The notes under the pieces: generated by a model
Seen by the model: only the letters and a program-made list of their open reading frames with translations
What the model was told of the DNA's origin: nothing
Database searches by the model: none
Translations under genes and position numbers: made by a program
NCBI RefSeq assembly: GCF_000148385.1
Contig: NC_014537.1
Coordinates: 210,001 to 242,000, forward strand
DNA length: 32,000 bases
Reading direction: 5' to 3'
DNA from: Vulcanisaeta distributa DSM 14429
Lineage (GTDB): Archaea > Thermoproteota > Thermoprotei > Thermoproteales > Thermocladiaceae
In this document: positions 31,477-32,000 of the stretch, piece by piece
Layout of the letters: each line of letters begins with the position of its first letter
How positions within the stretch are numbered: position 1 is the stretch's first letter

Positions 31477-32000
31477 CCGCCTCAATACATGCAAAGCCAA
31501 AACCCTCAGCCTTACTTAGATCAACTACCTGAGGCTCCTCGTGATAATCACCGACACCCCTGGATAACACGGCCACGGCCTTATCACTAACCGTAAAGCC
31601 CAGGGACTCAAGCACCTCCTTCACCTCGCCAACAGTGTAAAAGTGAGCCACCGAGTAAAATCTGTGACCCCTCCTACCCAATTCCATGTAATACTTACCA
31701 TGCTCACTATTCCTCGGCACGATACAAGTAATCAACTTGCCACCTGGCTTAAGAATTCTATGAACCTCAGTTAAGGTCTTCCTTGGATCATCGAGGAAGC
31801 ATATGGTCACTATTATAACGGCATAATCAAATGATGAGACCCTAAGCGGCATTGACTCGCCAACACCAACCACGACATCGACACCCCTACCCCTAGCCAA
31901 CTCAGCCATAGCCATTGCAGGTTCGAGACCAATTGGTATACCAACCCTGCCAGCAAAGAATCCGCTGCCAACACCAACCTCAATTCCGAGACCCCTGGGT
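31469..32000 (-). CDS. Class I SAM-dependent methyltransferase (Methyltransf_11-like); the N-terminus lies beyond the window end
   Basis: The track ORF starts at an internal Met. My in-frame translation of 31916..32000 continues PRGLGIEVGVGSGFFAGRVGIPIGLEPA, containing SAM motif I (ExGxGxG). A motif-post-I/II-like FDYAVIIVTICFLDDP and LKPGGKL are also present. Confidence 0.7.
   Translation of the reverse strand, partial: PRGLGIEVGVGSGFFAGRVGIPIGLEPAMAMAELARGRGVDVVVGVGESMPLRVSSFDYAVIIVTICFLDDPRKTLTEVHRILKPGGKLITCIVPRNSEHGKYYMELGRRGHRFYSVAHFYTVGEVKEVLESLGFTVSDKAVAVLSRGVGDYHEEPQVVDLSKAEGFGFACIEAVK

Noticed and set aside
1-32000. A search for CRISPR arrays, rRNA/tRNA genes, transposases, integrases, terminal inverted repeats, toxin-antitoxin pairs or recognisable defence-system genes.
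   Set aside because: I found none. There are no regularly spaced direct repeats, no IS-like ORFs and no PIN/HEPN-MNT-type pairs next to the AbrB-like gene. The PaREP1 gene and the DUF234 ATPase are the only 'accessory-type' families, and each stands alone.

Overview
This is a chromosomal, mostly housekeeping segment that looks like a hyperthermophilic crenarchaeon of the Thermoproteales type. That assignment is an inference from a PaREP1-family gene, a DUF234-type 'archaeal ATPase', a GHMP-type shikimate kinase, a TrpB2-type tryptophan synthase beta chain, and TATA-like boxes about 24-28 nt upstream of most first-in-unit start codons, which implies leaderless mRNAs. Gene order: a MetE-like fragment (-), PaREP1 (-) and argG (-). 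Next comes an aromatic-amino-acid supercluster from about 2.4 to 22.8 kb: aroC, an inserted ATPase, a chorismate mutase/prephenate dehydrogenase fusion, DAHP synthase, aroB, aroE, aroD (-), archaeal aroK, a fused transketolase, aroA, an orphan POR-gamma-like gene, trpC (-), trpA-trpB2-trpD-trpF-trpE-trpG and ppsA. This is followed by a small accessory trio (LysE-type exporter, double hot-dog MaoC protein, tandem-AbrB protein), pyrC (-), and a suf locus with sufC (-) divergent from sufB, a second sufB, and sufD. A SAM-methyltransferase (-) runs off the window end. I found no rRNA, tRNA, CRISPR array, transposase or integrase. I do not see a self-contained novel multi-gene system. The observations most worth a second look are these. 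(1) Tandem sufB paralogs carry perfectly identical nucleotide tracts (gene-conversion signature), and a shared palindromic GACACTG-N16-CAGTGTC element sits on the sufC TATA box and at the sufB2 5' end. (2) Two non-pathway genes are embedded in the aro/trp cluster: the DUF234 ATPase and a degenerate stand-alone POR-gamma-like protein. (3) Three genes (argG, PaREP1, the ATPase) have conserved N-termini encoded in frame but without any ATG/GTG/TTG start. (4) In the double hot-dog protein, each half retains only one of the two hydratase-2 catalytic residues. All functional calls rest on my own recognition of motifs in the translations; no database search was possible.
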